64,000 nucleotides of DNA, taken from Octopus sinensis. Its lineage: Eukaryota. Each line of letters begins with the position of its first letter. Position 1 is the stretch's first letter. Shown here in pieces: positions 49,500-61,965 of this stretch. The position numbers and the translations under genes are program-made. The stretch lies in assembly GCF_006345805.1 (NCBI RefSeq), contig NW_021832536.1:1-64000 (forward strand). Reading direction: 5' to 3'. The notes below the pieces were generated by a model that worked only from the letters and a program-made list of their open reading frames with translations, did no database searches and was not told the DNA's origin.

Positions 49500-49790
49500 A
49501 TGCCCCTTGGCATCTTCCAAATTGACGTCGAACCTTTGGAGATATTTCCCAAACACGTTCAGCCATCTGATGTTCTCAACGGTTCTCAGGGCTCAGCTAT
49601 CGAGGCTGTTGATCCTCTTTGTCAGGTTCTTCGAGAGGGGCCACGTTTCGGTTCCATAGAGGAGAATGGAGAGGACAGATGCGTTGTTTATGCGGAGCTT
49701 CGTCCTCCGGGAGATAGAGCAGTGGCGCCAGAAGAATTTCCATAGGGAGTACATGACCCCAGCGGCCAGACCAAGTAAATTAGGCACCAA
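49500..49790 (-). mobile_element. RTE-clade LINE fragment
   Basis: ISRRTKLRINNASVLSILLYGTETW. Confidence 0.8.
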
Positions 49791-49984
49791 AGGGGTCAAC
49801 TGTTCATGAGGTTTGGCTACTTTGTGGCCTTTCAACAACTGAATCTGTTCACAACGAGAGGAAGACGAAATTCCCTGGTGATTGACTCGTTTCATATTTG
49901 TGCCTTGCTGATCGGTAGTAATAAGGCAGTGGGCTGGTTGAATCATCAGTGTACCCGACTAAATACTTAGCGGTATTTCTTCCG

Positions 49985-50700
49985 GTGGCGAGCTGGCAGA
50001 ATCGTTAGCACGCCGGGCGAAATGCGTAGCCGTATTTCGACTGCCGTTACGTTCTGAGTTCAAATTCCGGCGAGGTCGACTTTGCCTTTCATCCTTTCGG
50101 GGTCGATAAATTAAGTACCAGGTACACACTGGGGTCGATGTAATCGACTTAATCCATTTGTCTGTCCTTGTTTGTCCTCTCTGTGTTTAGCCCCTTGTGG
50201 GTAGTAAAGAAATAGGTATTTCGTCTGCCGTTACGTTTTGAGTTCAAATTCCGCCGTGGTTGACTTTGCCTTCCATCCTTTCGGGGTCGATAAATTAAGT
50301 ACCAGTTACGCACTAGGGTCGATATAATCGACTTAATGTGTGTCTGTCCTTGTTTGTCCCCTCTGTCTTTAGCCCCTTGTGGGTAGTAAAGAAATAGGTA
50401 TTTCGTCTGCCGTTACTTTCTGAGTTCAAATTCCGCCGAGGTCGACTTTTGCCTTTCATCCTTTCGGGGTTGATTAAATCCGTTTGTCTGTCCTTGTTTG
50501 TCCCCTCTGTGTTTAGCCCCTTGTGGGCAATAAAGAAACAGGTATTTCTTCCGGCTATACGTTCTGAATTCAAATTCGGTTGAGGTCGACTCTGCCTCTT
50601 CCCCTTTCGAGGTTGAACCCCCCCCCCCCCCCAAAAGTACCTGTCGGGTACTGGAGTCGATCTAATCGACTAGCCCCAACCCTCAAGAATTTCAGGCCTT
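49985..50700 (+). mobile_element. SINE family D, tandemly amplified about 180-bp body (other copies about 24120-24310 -, 25100-25325 -, 47490-47670 -, 62455-62875 +)
   Basis: Core GTCGACTTTGCCTTTCATCCTTTCGGGGTCGATAAATTAAGTACCAG, recalled as MetaSINE-like (unverified). Confidence 0.75.
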
Positions 50701-50739
50701 GTCCTTCTTGATGAAATGATTGTTTACTAGTCTTAGTAA

Positions 50740-51061
50740 AAGCACTCCGTCGGTTACGACGACGAGGGTCCCTGCTGATACGATCAACGGAACAGCCTGC
50801 TCATGAAATTAACATGCAAAGTGACTGAGCAATCAACAGACATGCGTACCCCTAATGTAGTTCTCAGGGAGATTCAGAGTGACACAAAGTGTGACAAGGC
50901 CGGCTCTTTGAAATACAGGTACTACTCATTTTTGCCTGCTGAGTGGACTGGAGCAACGTAAAATAAAGTGTCTTGCTCAAGGACACAACACGTCGCCGGG
51001 AATCGAACTCACGACCTTACAATCATGAGCCGAATGCCCTAACCACTAAGCCACGCGCCTT
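50740..51061 (-). mobile_element. tRNA-headed CORE-like SINE (related copy 53391-53700 +)
   Basis: A box TGGCTTAGTGG, B box GAGTTCGATTCC, CORE-like GTCCTTGAGCAAGACACTT. Confidence 0.75.
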
Positions 51062-52488
51062 CAAGTCTTAGTAGTTGTCGGATTAATTGCCGAAGTGGTG
51101 GTGGTGGTGGTAGTCAGGCGAAGGCGGTAACATCAATGGTCGTAGTGATAACGAATAATACCAGCAGCATGGATAGTAACGGTTGTGGTAGTCGTGAGGA
51201 ACAGTAAGAACGTTGTTGTTACTGTCTGTCGGTAGCGATGTGTTCAAGAACTTCTCTGTTTCTTCAGAATCGGACGTTGCTTATTTAGCGGAACCCAACA
51301 CTTGAGATGGAGAATGGTTAAATTATAGTGGCAAGAGCAGCAGTAGCAGAAGCACCACCACCACCATCAACAACAAGTGAAAGAGAGAGAGAGCATTTTT
51401 ATTCGAATTTTGCTATCGAAGTTAGGAAAAGTTGGTGGAAAAAAAAAGTTAGGCAATTACCAAAAGTTAGAGAATTAAATTTGAAGCACAACAACATGAT
51501 GATGATGATATGATGATGACGATGGGGATGCTGACGAAGACGACGACGATAATGATGATGATGATGACGGTGATAACTTAAGAAGTTGGAACAGAAAACT
51601 TTTCCACGCGAAGTTTTAAGGGAGACCACGTCGAGATATGTGGAAACTGTTGAAAGAAACTACTAGATTCTGGATTATTTCCTAACAAAAGAAACTCGAT
51701 TTTACTTACACACTTACTTCTTCTTCCTCTTCTTCTTCTCACTACTACTACTACTGAAAACTTTGACCTAAATTATTTAAAGTTTAAGGGACAATTACAC
51801 ACATTATCATATGTTCTTTCAAATTTATAGTTTTCATATTTTCTCTTTAATTTGAAAATAAGATAAAACTCTTTCGAAAATTTCAATTAAGAATTTCGTT
51901 GCGTACTGCATTCAAAGTACATCTCTTTAAAAGTACAAAAGGGAACTTTGTTTTTATCCACGGACCTACCGAAATACAATGTGATGTGAAGTCGTATGAA
52001 CTGGAAAATTACAAGGCTTTCTTATAAATAGTGAAATTAGCTTCCAAAAATTCATCTTGGATTTGATAAACTTTTCTAATTTAAATATCTACAAAAAGAA
52101 AATCAAATAAAATGGTATAGAATTAATAAATATCGTTTCCCTTCTGTATATATTGGTAAAGAAGGAAGTTGTATTAATTTAAATGATTGTCAATAAAAGT
52201 TATTTTTGTGTGTGTGTGTGTCTGTAAAAAAAAACTGTTATAAACTCAAATACATTTATTACAACACACGACAAAAATAACAGTTGGAAAAGATAATATC
52301 TTTTTTTTTTCATTAATTCCGACCAACTTCAAAAACACCGAAAAAGTACAAAAATAAAAAATAAAAAAGGAAAAGAAGAGAAAAGAACTTTTAAAACCTC
52401 TTCCGGTTTATTTATGAACTTTGAGGATTTCAGTTGCTCCCTTACTACTTTCTTTCTACCCGACTTAGCTTTCAGCTATACGGGTATC

Positions 52489-52524
52489 ATGCAGTTTGAT
52501 CTGAAGTCAGATATCGAGATATGA
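52489..52524 (+). other. 11-aa uORF (MQFDLKSDIEI*) whose stop overlaps the SMO start codons
   Basis: ATG at 52489; ATA TGA overlaps the ATG at 52521 and the ATG at 52524. Confidence 0.5.
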
Positions 52525-52991
52525 TGAACGGGTTGATAGTTTTCGAAGTTATCTTGTTATCATGTGTAGTGGTTTCCCTGATGACCCCTACTTCTGTCCC
52601 ACCTGACTGTACGTTTCGCGTCGACGCATGCGAACCTTTGAAAAGCAATGTTTGTTTAGGGGCCCAAGTTGACTTCACTCATACATCAACCGTATTTCTG
52701 AGAAACGGCGATAACGACAGTTCGACCGTGACACAAGAAGAGATTCAACAGAAGTTACAACTATGGAAGGGACTCCAGAATTTCCACAAGTGTTGGTCGG
52801 TGGTCCAGCATCTCTTGTGTTCGGTCTATGTACCGAAATGCGATCCGAACACGTCTAAAGTTGAATATCCCAGTCGCGAGTGGTGCCAAAGCGCCGAAAA
52901 ACAATGTAGAATTGTAGAGACTTTTAACAAGAATCAGGGATGGCCATCCTTCCTACGATGTCAGGCCAATCACTTTAAGGAATCGTGTAAG
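52521..52991 (+). CDS. SMO: Smoothened coding exon 1 (signal peptide and cysteine-rich domain)
   Basis: KLQLWKGL...CWSVVQHLLCSVYVPKC...GWPSFLRC, 10 Cys; AAG|GTAAGT donor phase 0; 157 codons. Confidence 0.95.
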
Positions 52992-53744
52992 GTAAGTTTT
53001 CTTTTCTTTTCTTTATTCTATATCTTTAAAAAAGTTTTCTAAATATGTCTCACAGATGTAAAACAGATCTATATACCCGTTAGATATATCTATCTAATCA
53101 ACTATCTGATATCCATCTAAACGCTCTCTTTACATATATATATCTAGCCGTCTGTCTATCTTTCTATCTGTTCGTCCGTCTCTCAGGCTATCAGTCTTTC
53201 TATATCTCTTCATCTTTCTGTATGCATGTAAATTATGTCTCATATTAAACCTATTACAGAGAGGGTCTCCACCACAAGGTTACTATCTTCCTCATTTATG
53301 AGACATTTTCTAGGGAAGGAGATGACTACTAAATGAACTTATTGTATACAGTGCTCAGGTGCACTACAAGTATTTACAGTTTACCCTGTGAAGGTGCATG
53401 GCTCAGTGGTTAGAGCGCCAGGCTCACAATCATGAGGTAGTGAGTTCTATTCCTGGACTGGACTGGGGCTGTGTTGTGTTCTTGAGCAAGACACTTCATT
53501 TCATATTGCTTCAGTTCACTCATCTGTAGAAATGAATTGCGACGTGACCGGTGCCAAGCTGTATCGGCCCCTTTGCTTTTCCTTTAGACAACATCAGTGG
53601 TGTGGAGAGGCAAGGCTGGTATGCATAGGTGACAGCTGGCCTTCCATAAACAACCTTGCCTGGATTTGTGCCTCAGAGTGTAACCTTCATGCTGCATTTC
53701 CATGATCATTTGGGATTGAAGGGCTCTCTACTTAGCAGTTTACC

Positions 53745-54312
53745 ATACTCTTTTACTTGTTTCAGTCATTTGACTGCGGCCATGCTGGAGCACCGCCTTT
53801 AGTCGAGGAAATTGACCCCCCAGGACTTATTCTTTCTAAGCCTAATACTTATTCTATCGATCTCTTTTGCCGAACCGCTAAGTTATGGGGATGTAAACAC
53901 ACCAGCATTGGTTGTCAAGCGATGTTGGAGGGGACAAACACAGGCACACAAACACACACATATATATACATATATACGACGGGCTTCTTTCAGTTTCTGT
54001 CTACCAAATCCATTCACAAGGCTTTGGTCGGCCCGAGGCTATAGTAGAAGACACTTGCCCAATGTGCCATGCAGTGGGACTGAACCCGAAACCATGTGGT
54101 TGGTAAGCAAGCTACTTACCACACAGTCACTTCTGCGCCTACATATATACGATGGGCTTCTTTCAGTTTCCGTCTACCAAATCCACTCGCAAGGCTTTGG
54201 TTGGCCCGAGGCTAGAGTAGAAGACACTTGCCCAAGGTGCCACGCAGTGGGACTGAACCCGAAACCATGTGGTTGGTAAGCAAGCTACTTACCACACTGC
54301 CACTCCTATGCC
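53745..54312 (-). mobile_element. SINE family A with two tandem heads
   Basis: Same head-head junction as the 19.0 kb and 22.55 kb copies. Confidence 0.85.
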
Positions 54313-54741
54313 TGTGAACATAAAGGGAACAGCTGTTTAACAATTAAGTGATGTTGTTATTTGTGTCAACCTACTGAAGTAGGACTGGAACCTGTTGTCA
54401 GCCAGGCAAACTGAAGCAAGTAGATTTTGTATTATCACCTTAGGTGCTTACCACTTAGCCACTCTTCTTCTGTGGTATGTTTGTGTATCGTCTTTGGTAT
54501 GACTTTTAAACTGCATCTGGCAGCAGGGTCCTGATTTGGGAGTTCTAGGGCCTTTGAGGAGTGTGGCTGTGTGGCATAGGCTCTGGTGTGGCCATATGGT
54601 AAAAAGCTTACTTCGCAACCACATGGTTCTGGGTTCAGTCCCACTGCATGACATCTTGGCCAAGTGTCTTCTGCTATAGCCTCGGGCTGACCAAGGCCTT
54701 GTGAGTTGATTTGGTTGACAGAAACTGAAAGAGGCCAGACT

Positions 54742-54793
<52 letters not shown>

Positions 54794-54841
54794 AAAGTTA
54801 AATGCGATACAATAAAATTAATTATAATCGCCGGTGTACCA

Positions 54842-54892
<51 letters not shown>

Positions 54893-55337
54893 TGTGATCA
54901 CCGTGACCGACCAGGCTATCAGATGTTGCTACACATCGCTGGTCACTATGCGCTTCGCATTATTTTAGCCTTCATATGACGCCACCCCGCTGGCTAAGCG
55001 AGCAGGCCAACAGAAGAAAGAGTGAGAGAAAGTTGCAGTGAAAGAGTACAGCAGGGATCACCACCACCCCCTGCCGGAGCATTGTGGAGCTTTAGGTGTT
55101 TTCACTCAATAAACACTCACAACGCCTGGTCCGGGAATCGAAACTGCGATCCTATGACTGCGAGTCCGCTGCCCTAACCACTGGGCCATTTCGCCTTCAC
55201 ACACACACACACACACATATATACATATATATATATATGTATATATACATATGTATAGGGAGAATTCACAAAAGACGAAGACAGGTGGTGTAGACAACAA
55301 ACAGATGTATCAGTTTAATTCTCAGGAAGTGAGAAAG

Positions 55338-55375
55338 TCTTTAACGTTTCGAGCCTATGCTCTTCCACAGAAAGA
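55338..55375 (-). ncRNA. Hammerhead-like variant motif
   Basis: CTGTGGA AGAGC-ATAG-GCTC GAAACGTTA AAGA; core A6 replaced by U. Confidence 0.35.
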
Positions 55376-56044
55376 AACAAAGAGAGAAAATAAAGAATGT
55401 GTGTGTGTGTGTACAATGGAAATGGGATGGTAATAATGTTCAATGCTGAAATTGTGTGAGTATATGTATGTGTGTGTATGTACAAGAGAACTATGTGAAA
55501 CCTTACATACACATTTAAAGTGTGGAGGCTCATGGCCTAGTGGTTAGAGCAGCGGACTCGCGGTTGAGGGATCGCGGGTTCGAATCTCAGACCGGGTGAT
55601 GTATGTGTTTATGAGTGAAACACCTAAGGTCCATGCGGCTCTGGCAGATGGTAATGGCAAACTTCTGCTGACTCTTTTGCCACAACTTTCTCTCACTCTT
55701 TCCTTCTGCATCTTGTAGCTCACCTGCGACGGACTGGCGTCCCGTCCAGGTGTAGAACCCAGATGCCAAGGAAACCGGGAAACTGGCCCTAATGAGCTAG
55801 GTGTGGCTCGAGAAGGAACAAACAACATGTAAATTAAAAAAAAATTGGAAAAATAATCCAGAAACCTTGTCCAGTACCGGATCGATCCCAAAATCTAATC
55901 AGTTTGTGCCAGCCACGAGGCCAAACATCCCTGGAAGTTTCATCGAAATCCCTCCAGCGGTTCTTGAGATATCTTGTCCATGGACAAACAAACAAACAAA
56001 CACAACTGAAAACAATACCTTGGCCTTTGCTGAAGCAGAGGTAA

Positions 56045-56480
56045 TGAAATAAAATAAAGTAAAAAAGTAATAAAATAAAAAAGTAATAAAATAAATAAAG
56101 TAATAAAAAAGTAATATAAAAAATAAAGTAATAAAAAATAAAAATGAAAAATAAAGTAATAAAAAAGTAATATAAAAAATAAAATAATAAAAAATAAAAA
56201 TGAAAAATAAAGTAATAAAAAAGTAATATAAAAAATAAAATAATAAAGTAATAAAAAATAAAAATGAAAAATAAAGTAATAAAAAAAAAAGTAATAAAAA
56301 AATAAAGTAATAAAAAAAAAAATGAAAAATAAGTAATAAAAAGTAATAAAAAATAAAAATAAAGTAATAAAAAATAAAAATGAAAAATAAAGTAATAAAA
56401 AAGTAATATAAAAAATAAAGTAAAAAAGTAATAAAAGTAATAAAATAAAAAAGTATTAAAAAAACTAATAAAGTAAAAAA
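56045..56480. repeat. A-rich minisatellite (AAATAAAGTAATAAAA-type units)
   Basis: Direct reading. Confidence 0.9.
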
Positions 56481-56524
56481 TCATTTACTTATGGAATGTT
56501 GTTGTTTTTATATTTTTTCTGCAG

Positions 56525-56737
56525 AATACTGGTTACCAGAAAGTGACCTTCAACAGTACGGGTGTGTGCAGTTGGCCCCTCATAAATACCAATAACTCTG
56601 CCACTTGGTACGGCGACATAGAAGGCTGTGGTCTGCAATGCAAGAACCCGCTCTACACAGACAGGCAACACAACCAGGTCCACGTCTTCATTGCTGTTCT
56701 GGGGACCCTTTCGTTGTTGTCTTCTTTGTTCACCGTG
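56525..56737 (+). CDS. SMO: Smoothened coding exon 2 (linker domain and start of TM1)
   Basis: CTGCAG acceptor; WYGDIEGCGLQCKNPLYT; GTG|GTGAGT donor; 213 nt, phase 0-0. Confidence 0.95.
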
Positions 56738-56748
56738 GTGAGTTTATA

Positions 56749-56780
<32 letters not shown>

Positions 56781-57812
56781 CACTACTACTACTACTACTG
56801 TGCATGCATAATACAATAATGGTGATGTTCTTAACTGTTATATGGGAATGTAAATATGTTTGCAAATTGTTTTTGTTACATGTTATTCTGTGTTCTGAAT
56901 ACTCAAGTTATGGATGATTCTTTTATGACTTCATTGCTTTCAGGCTTAGCTTAAGGTATTTTCGCGCCCGACATCACAAAATGCATCTGAATAAACATTG
57001 CCGGACAGCAAATAGAGACTCGGACATTGCTTAGGAAATAATTTTCATTTTTAACCACTAGGGATTTTGACCTTTAAATTTTGGGGAAAAAATGCGGATT
57101 ATACTCGAGGATTTACGGTATTTACAACCAAGTGGATTGGAGCAGTGTTAAATGAAGCAATTTTTACAACACAATGCACTGTAATGCACTGCCTAGTTCA
57201 GGAATTGAAACTGTGATCTTATCATTGTGAGTGCAACACCCTAATCACTTGGTCACACTCCTTCACTTCACATTGTACATCATCATCATTATCGTTTAAC
57301 GTCCGTTCTCCATGCTAGCATGGGTTATACGGTTCGACCGGGGATCTGGGAAGCCAGAAGGCTGCACCAGGCTCCGGTCTTATCTGGCAATGTTTCTACA
57401 GCTGGATGCCCTTCCTAACGCCAACCACTCCGTGAGTGTAGTGGGTGCTTTTTACGTGCCACCTGCACTGGTGCCAGGCGAGGCTGGCATCGGCCACAGT
57501 TGGATTGGTGCATTTTACGTGCCACCTGCACGGAAGCCAGTCGAGGCAGCACTGGCTTCGGCCACGATTCGGATGGTGCTTTTTACGTGCCACCGACACG
57601 GAAGCCAGTCGAGGCGGCGCTGGCATCGGCCATGATTCAGATAGTGCTTTTTACGTATCTCCAGTCCAGGGGTCCTGGCATCTGCCGGGTGCCAGTCATA
57701 GGATTGGTTCAATTTCGATTCCGATTTCGATTTATTTCTTGCTTAGATATTTCAACAAGTGTTAATGAAATCCTTGTCTCAAATGGTCACTTTACTTGTT
57801 TCTTTCATTCAG

Positions 57813-57991
57813 CTAACCTTCCTGATCGACTGGAAGAATGCCAGCCGCTATCCTGCCCTCATCCTGTTTTTCATTAACATCTGCTTTGTGATGGGCAGCA
57901 TTGGATGGTTGGCCCAGTTTGCTGGAAATGCTCGAGAGGATATCGTATGTAATGCTGATAAAACTGTACGGATTGGTGAACCGCAACCAGG
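57813..57991 (+). CDS. SMO: Smoothened coding exon 3 (TM1-TM2, ECL1)
   Basis: TTCAG acceptor; [24 protein letters not shown]...SIGWLAQF...REDIVC; GG|GTAAGT donor phase 2. Confidence 0.96.
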
Positions 57992-58199
57992 GTAAGTGAT
58001 AGCTGATATAGGGGGTTTCTGGGTCTATTCATGTGGTTGGGTAACATCAGATTTTTTTCCCCCCCTCATTTTACTTGCTGGGATGATTTTGAGGAAGGGA
58101 TGGTTCCCATGATCTTTGGAGTCATCGTCGCCGCCACCACCACCACGACCACCCAATAATAATAACTGCCCTGATGGGATACAGCAAATATTCTACACA

Positions 58200-58660
58200 A
58201 TATCACAGATTTACTTGTCAGTTGTTTGACCGTAACCAGTTGAGCATGTCCCTCAGTGGCTGACGACATGTACATCTCTGATCACGAGCAGAAGTAGTGG
58301 GGAAGCATCATAGCCATGTGTTGAGAGGGTTTCTTTGGGGTTTGAATAATTCTCCTCTGGAAACATGGGTGTTTTGTTCAACATCCTTACACAACCCTTA
58401 TTCAGGGACCTTTTGAGCGGGATGGGTTACTCGAGCAGAAGAAAATTTTAACTGGGCTCCACCCGCAAGGTTATGCGCTGTTTATCTTGATTTGAGATCA
58501 CCTTGTCTGCGCACAACATATGGTTGTGATGCATGTGACTGGTGTACCCTTATCAGACAGGTAGTCGTGATGGGTATATTGGGCTTCGTATATTTTACCC
58601 CAGTGTCACTTTGATGGCATGCACTGCTCTCTCACTCAATAATAATAATAATAATAATTA
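58200..58660 (+). mobile_element. Unassigned retroelement-like 3' fragment ending in (AAT)n
   Basis: Non-coding and ends in a simple-repeat tail; family not recognised. Confidence 0.35.
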
Positions 58661-59055
58661 ATTCGTTTATTGGCCACAAGGGCTAACAAAAATCAATTAA
58701 AACATAAAGGGACAAAACACAGGACGAAAGTTACAAAGGGTTTTGTCCGTTTGAAAAAAAGGTCCGTGTACAAAAGCAGGATAACAACGAAATACAAGTA
58801 ACAATTAAAACTCCCAATAGGGGGAGGTGCTTCGAAAGGTTTCTCGTGGAAAAACCCATAAAAGCCATGGGAGCCTGGTCAAAAGTTGGGTAGAGAGCCC
58901 TTTTCTCCTTTTGTATTTCCTTTTAATTCTCACAGGTGTATCCTCAGAATTGGTCCGTTCATACTGGCCATTCTTCCGACATTCACCCACCTTTCAATAA
59001 ATTTGCTACGAAACAGCTCTTCCCTCTCTACTCTCATCTTCCTTTTCAAGTGGAA
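58660..59055 (-). mobile_element. Tx1/L1-like LINE 3' end
   Basis: FHLKRKMRVEREELFRSKFIERWVNVGRM...* followed by a UTR and an (AAT)n tail. Confidence 0.5.
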
Positions 59056-59471
59056 TGATAATCATCATCATCATCATCGTTTAACGTCCGCTTTCCATGC
59101 TAGCATGGGTTGGACAGTTTTGACTGAGGGCTGGGAAGCCCGAAGGCTGCACCAGGCCAGTCAGATCTGGCGGTGTTTCTACAGCTGGATGCCCTTCCTA
59201 ACGCTAACCACTCCGTGAGTGTAGTGGGTGCTTTTTATGTGTCACCGACACAGGTGCCAGACGAGGCTGGCAAACGGCCACGCTCGGATGGTGTTTGTTA
59301 TGTGCCACCGGCATGGAGGCCAGTCGATGCGGTGCTGGCTATGTCCACGTTCGGATGGTTCTCTTATGTGCCACCGGCACTGGTACCACAAACTACAAAT
59401 TCCATTGATGTGGATCGATTTTGATTCTGATTTGATTCTTTGATTCTTTGATTTTGATTTTCACTTGCCTC

Positions 59472-59504
<33 letters not shown>

Positions 59505-59533
59505 TCTTGTTTTTGTTATTGTTGTTTTTGCAG

Positions 59534-59753
59534 TTCTGGTGAGAGTGCTTCCTGCAGCATCATATTCCTCCTCATCTACTATTTCACAATGGCTGGCGTT
59601 GTCTGGTTTGTCATGCTCTCCTACGCCTGGCACACAACATTCAAGGCCCTTGGTACACCCCGTGACATACTCAGTGGTAAAACTGCCTATTTCCACATCA
59701 TTTCGTGGTGTGTCCCTTTGGTGCTCTCCATCACCTGCCTTGCATCTTCAGAA
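59534..59753 (+). CDS. SMO: Smoothened coding exon 4 (TM3-TM4); the gene continues beyond the window
   Basis: TTGCAG acceptor phase 2; MAGVVWFVMLSYAWHTTFKALG...GKTAYFH; GAA|GTAAGT donor; 220 nt. Confidence 0.96.
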
Positions 59754-60050
59754 GTAAGTTCATCTTTCATTCGAGATTTTCATGTTTCCCAAGGGAATAT
59801 TTAACCCTTTTTGGTACCATATTTCTTTTTTTTTTTTGAAAAAAACCCTCTTTATTTCAATTAATTTTTAAATTAATGAAGTATAGGCGTAGGAGTGGCT
59901 GTGTGGTAAGTAGCTTGCTTACCAACAACATGGTTCTGGGTTCAGTTCCACTGTGTGGCACCTTAGACAAGTGTCTTCTACTATAGCCTCGGGCTGACCA
60001 AAGCCATGTGAGTGGATTTGGTAGAGGGAAACTGAAAGAAGCCTGTCACA

Positions 60051-60090
<40 letters not shown>

Positions 60091-60197
60091 CTGCTCGCTT
60101 AGCCAGTGGGGTGGCGTCATTCGAAGGGTAAAACAATGCAAACGCATTTTGACCAGCGATGTGTAGCAACATCTGATGGTCTGGTCGGTCATGTGAT

Positions 60198-60239
<42 letters not shown>

Positions 60240-60649
60240 CAAAGTGGAGTTGTAAGGTACCGCACGAGTGGAATTATATATGAAAGAAGGTTTGAAAATG
60301 CAATTTTAAAAGATGTTTATTTACTTTACCAGTTTCACTTTTTTAGAAAAAGATTGTCAAAAGTAACATGTAAAAGCTTTGTTGTGTTAGGTACTGGTTG
60401 TCACAAACTATTACAATACATATATACATTCTTTGATAATAAGAACATGTTAAAAACAGTTTACAAGGGAAAATCTTGGGAAAATATAAAAAAGTTTAAC
60501 AAGTTCATTAAAATATTGGGCACAAAAGATTACAATATATATATATATATACATTCTCAAGAAAATGTTAAAGATAGTTTCCAGAAGGAATTATTAAAAA
60601 GTTCAGTGGAATATTGGTATTGTTATCAACCACCTCACCAACAACAACA

Positions 60650-60905
60650 CTGAACACCTTTTTGATCTCCATGTGTCTAACACACGTGGACATGCCTACA
60701 AAGTCAGAAAACAACACAGCTCCCATGACTTTCGGAAACATTTTTTCACCCTCAGAGTTGCTGAAGCATGGAATAAACTGCCTGCGTCAGTTGTTGACTG
60801 CCATGACACTGCATCCTTTAAGGCCCTCATGCTTTCCGAAATCCGCCGAAACTACACCTGATTATATATACACTTGAGTTGTGGTGCACCTGAGCACTGT
60901 ACACA

Positions 60906-60959
<54 letters not shown>

Positions 60960-60960
60960 G
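60650..60960 (+). mobile_element. CR1 LINE 3' end with (ATT)n tail
   Basis: TRGHAYKVRKQHSSHDFRKHFFTLRVAEAWNKLP. Confidence 0.9.
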
Positions 60961-61629
60961 TATCTGTATATATATATATATACACACCCAGAATATTATA
61001 AGTTCAAAAAAGTTTACATTTTAGTTGTAGGGTAGCTTAAACTGACCTGGTGAACCAGCCATTACTGAATCACCTGTGTTCAGTTGTTCCATTCCTGGTT
61101 AATTATCTGTTAATTATTAGACATAATTATAACTGTATCATAACGACACTAGCAGCAGAGTGCAATTGATCAAAATTACTTAACCTATACTTCTTACAGA
61201 CATTCTGATGTACCCATTCATAAAAGGTATGTTGTTTAACTTGCGTTCACCTTTTGTTTACCTTCTGTTTACCATCCGCTTACCTTCTGTTCATCTTCCC
61301 TTGCTTTTGGTTTTCCTTATCCAGGCTCGACACATCTTCTTCTGCAATGCCTATGTTTTTTTTTTACTTTTGGCTTTGCTCTCTGCTTCTTTATGGGGTA
61401 TGGGCTGTTTTAGCACAGCTGTTTTGGCGCAGCTGTTTTGGTGCTGCCCTTTTGGCGCAGCTGAGTTGATGATGACTTATTTGACATCAGATGTTTTAAT
61501 GTTTTTCTCTATTTTTCCTACTCACCTCTCTTTCTCTCGTTATGTGTATTAGGGAGAAGGAAGGTGTTTATGTCAGACTTGTGCAATAAATCAAAATGTC
61601 TCTTTCTTTTTCTCACTTTCTCTACTTAT

Positions 61630-61965
61630 GTGTATATTTCTGTTTGTATGTATATGAGTGTGTTTATGTATGTTGTGTGTGTGTGTGTTTATGTGTGCGT
61701 GTTTGTGTGTGTGTATGTTTATGTGTGTGTGTGTTTGCGTGCACTTGTGTGTATGTATGTGTGAGTGTGTATTTGTGTGTGTGTTTGTGTGTGTGTGTAT
61801 GCTTGTGTGTGTATATGTTTATGTGTGTGTTTGTGTGGACTTGTGTGTATGTTTGGTGTGTATTTGTGTGTGTGTGTATATTTATGTGTGTGTTTGTGTG
61901 TGTGTGTGTATTTGTGTGTGTGTTTGTGTATGTATGTGTGAGTGTGTATTTGTGTGTGTGCATGT
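61630..61965. repeat. (TG)n-rich compound microsatellite
   Basis: Direct reading. Confidence 0.95.

Noticed and set aside
55523-55600. tRNA genes (also about 27445, 50990-51061, 53391 and 18654-18724)
   Set aside because: No complete cloverleaf, and each continues into a repeated SINE body
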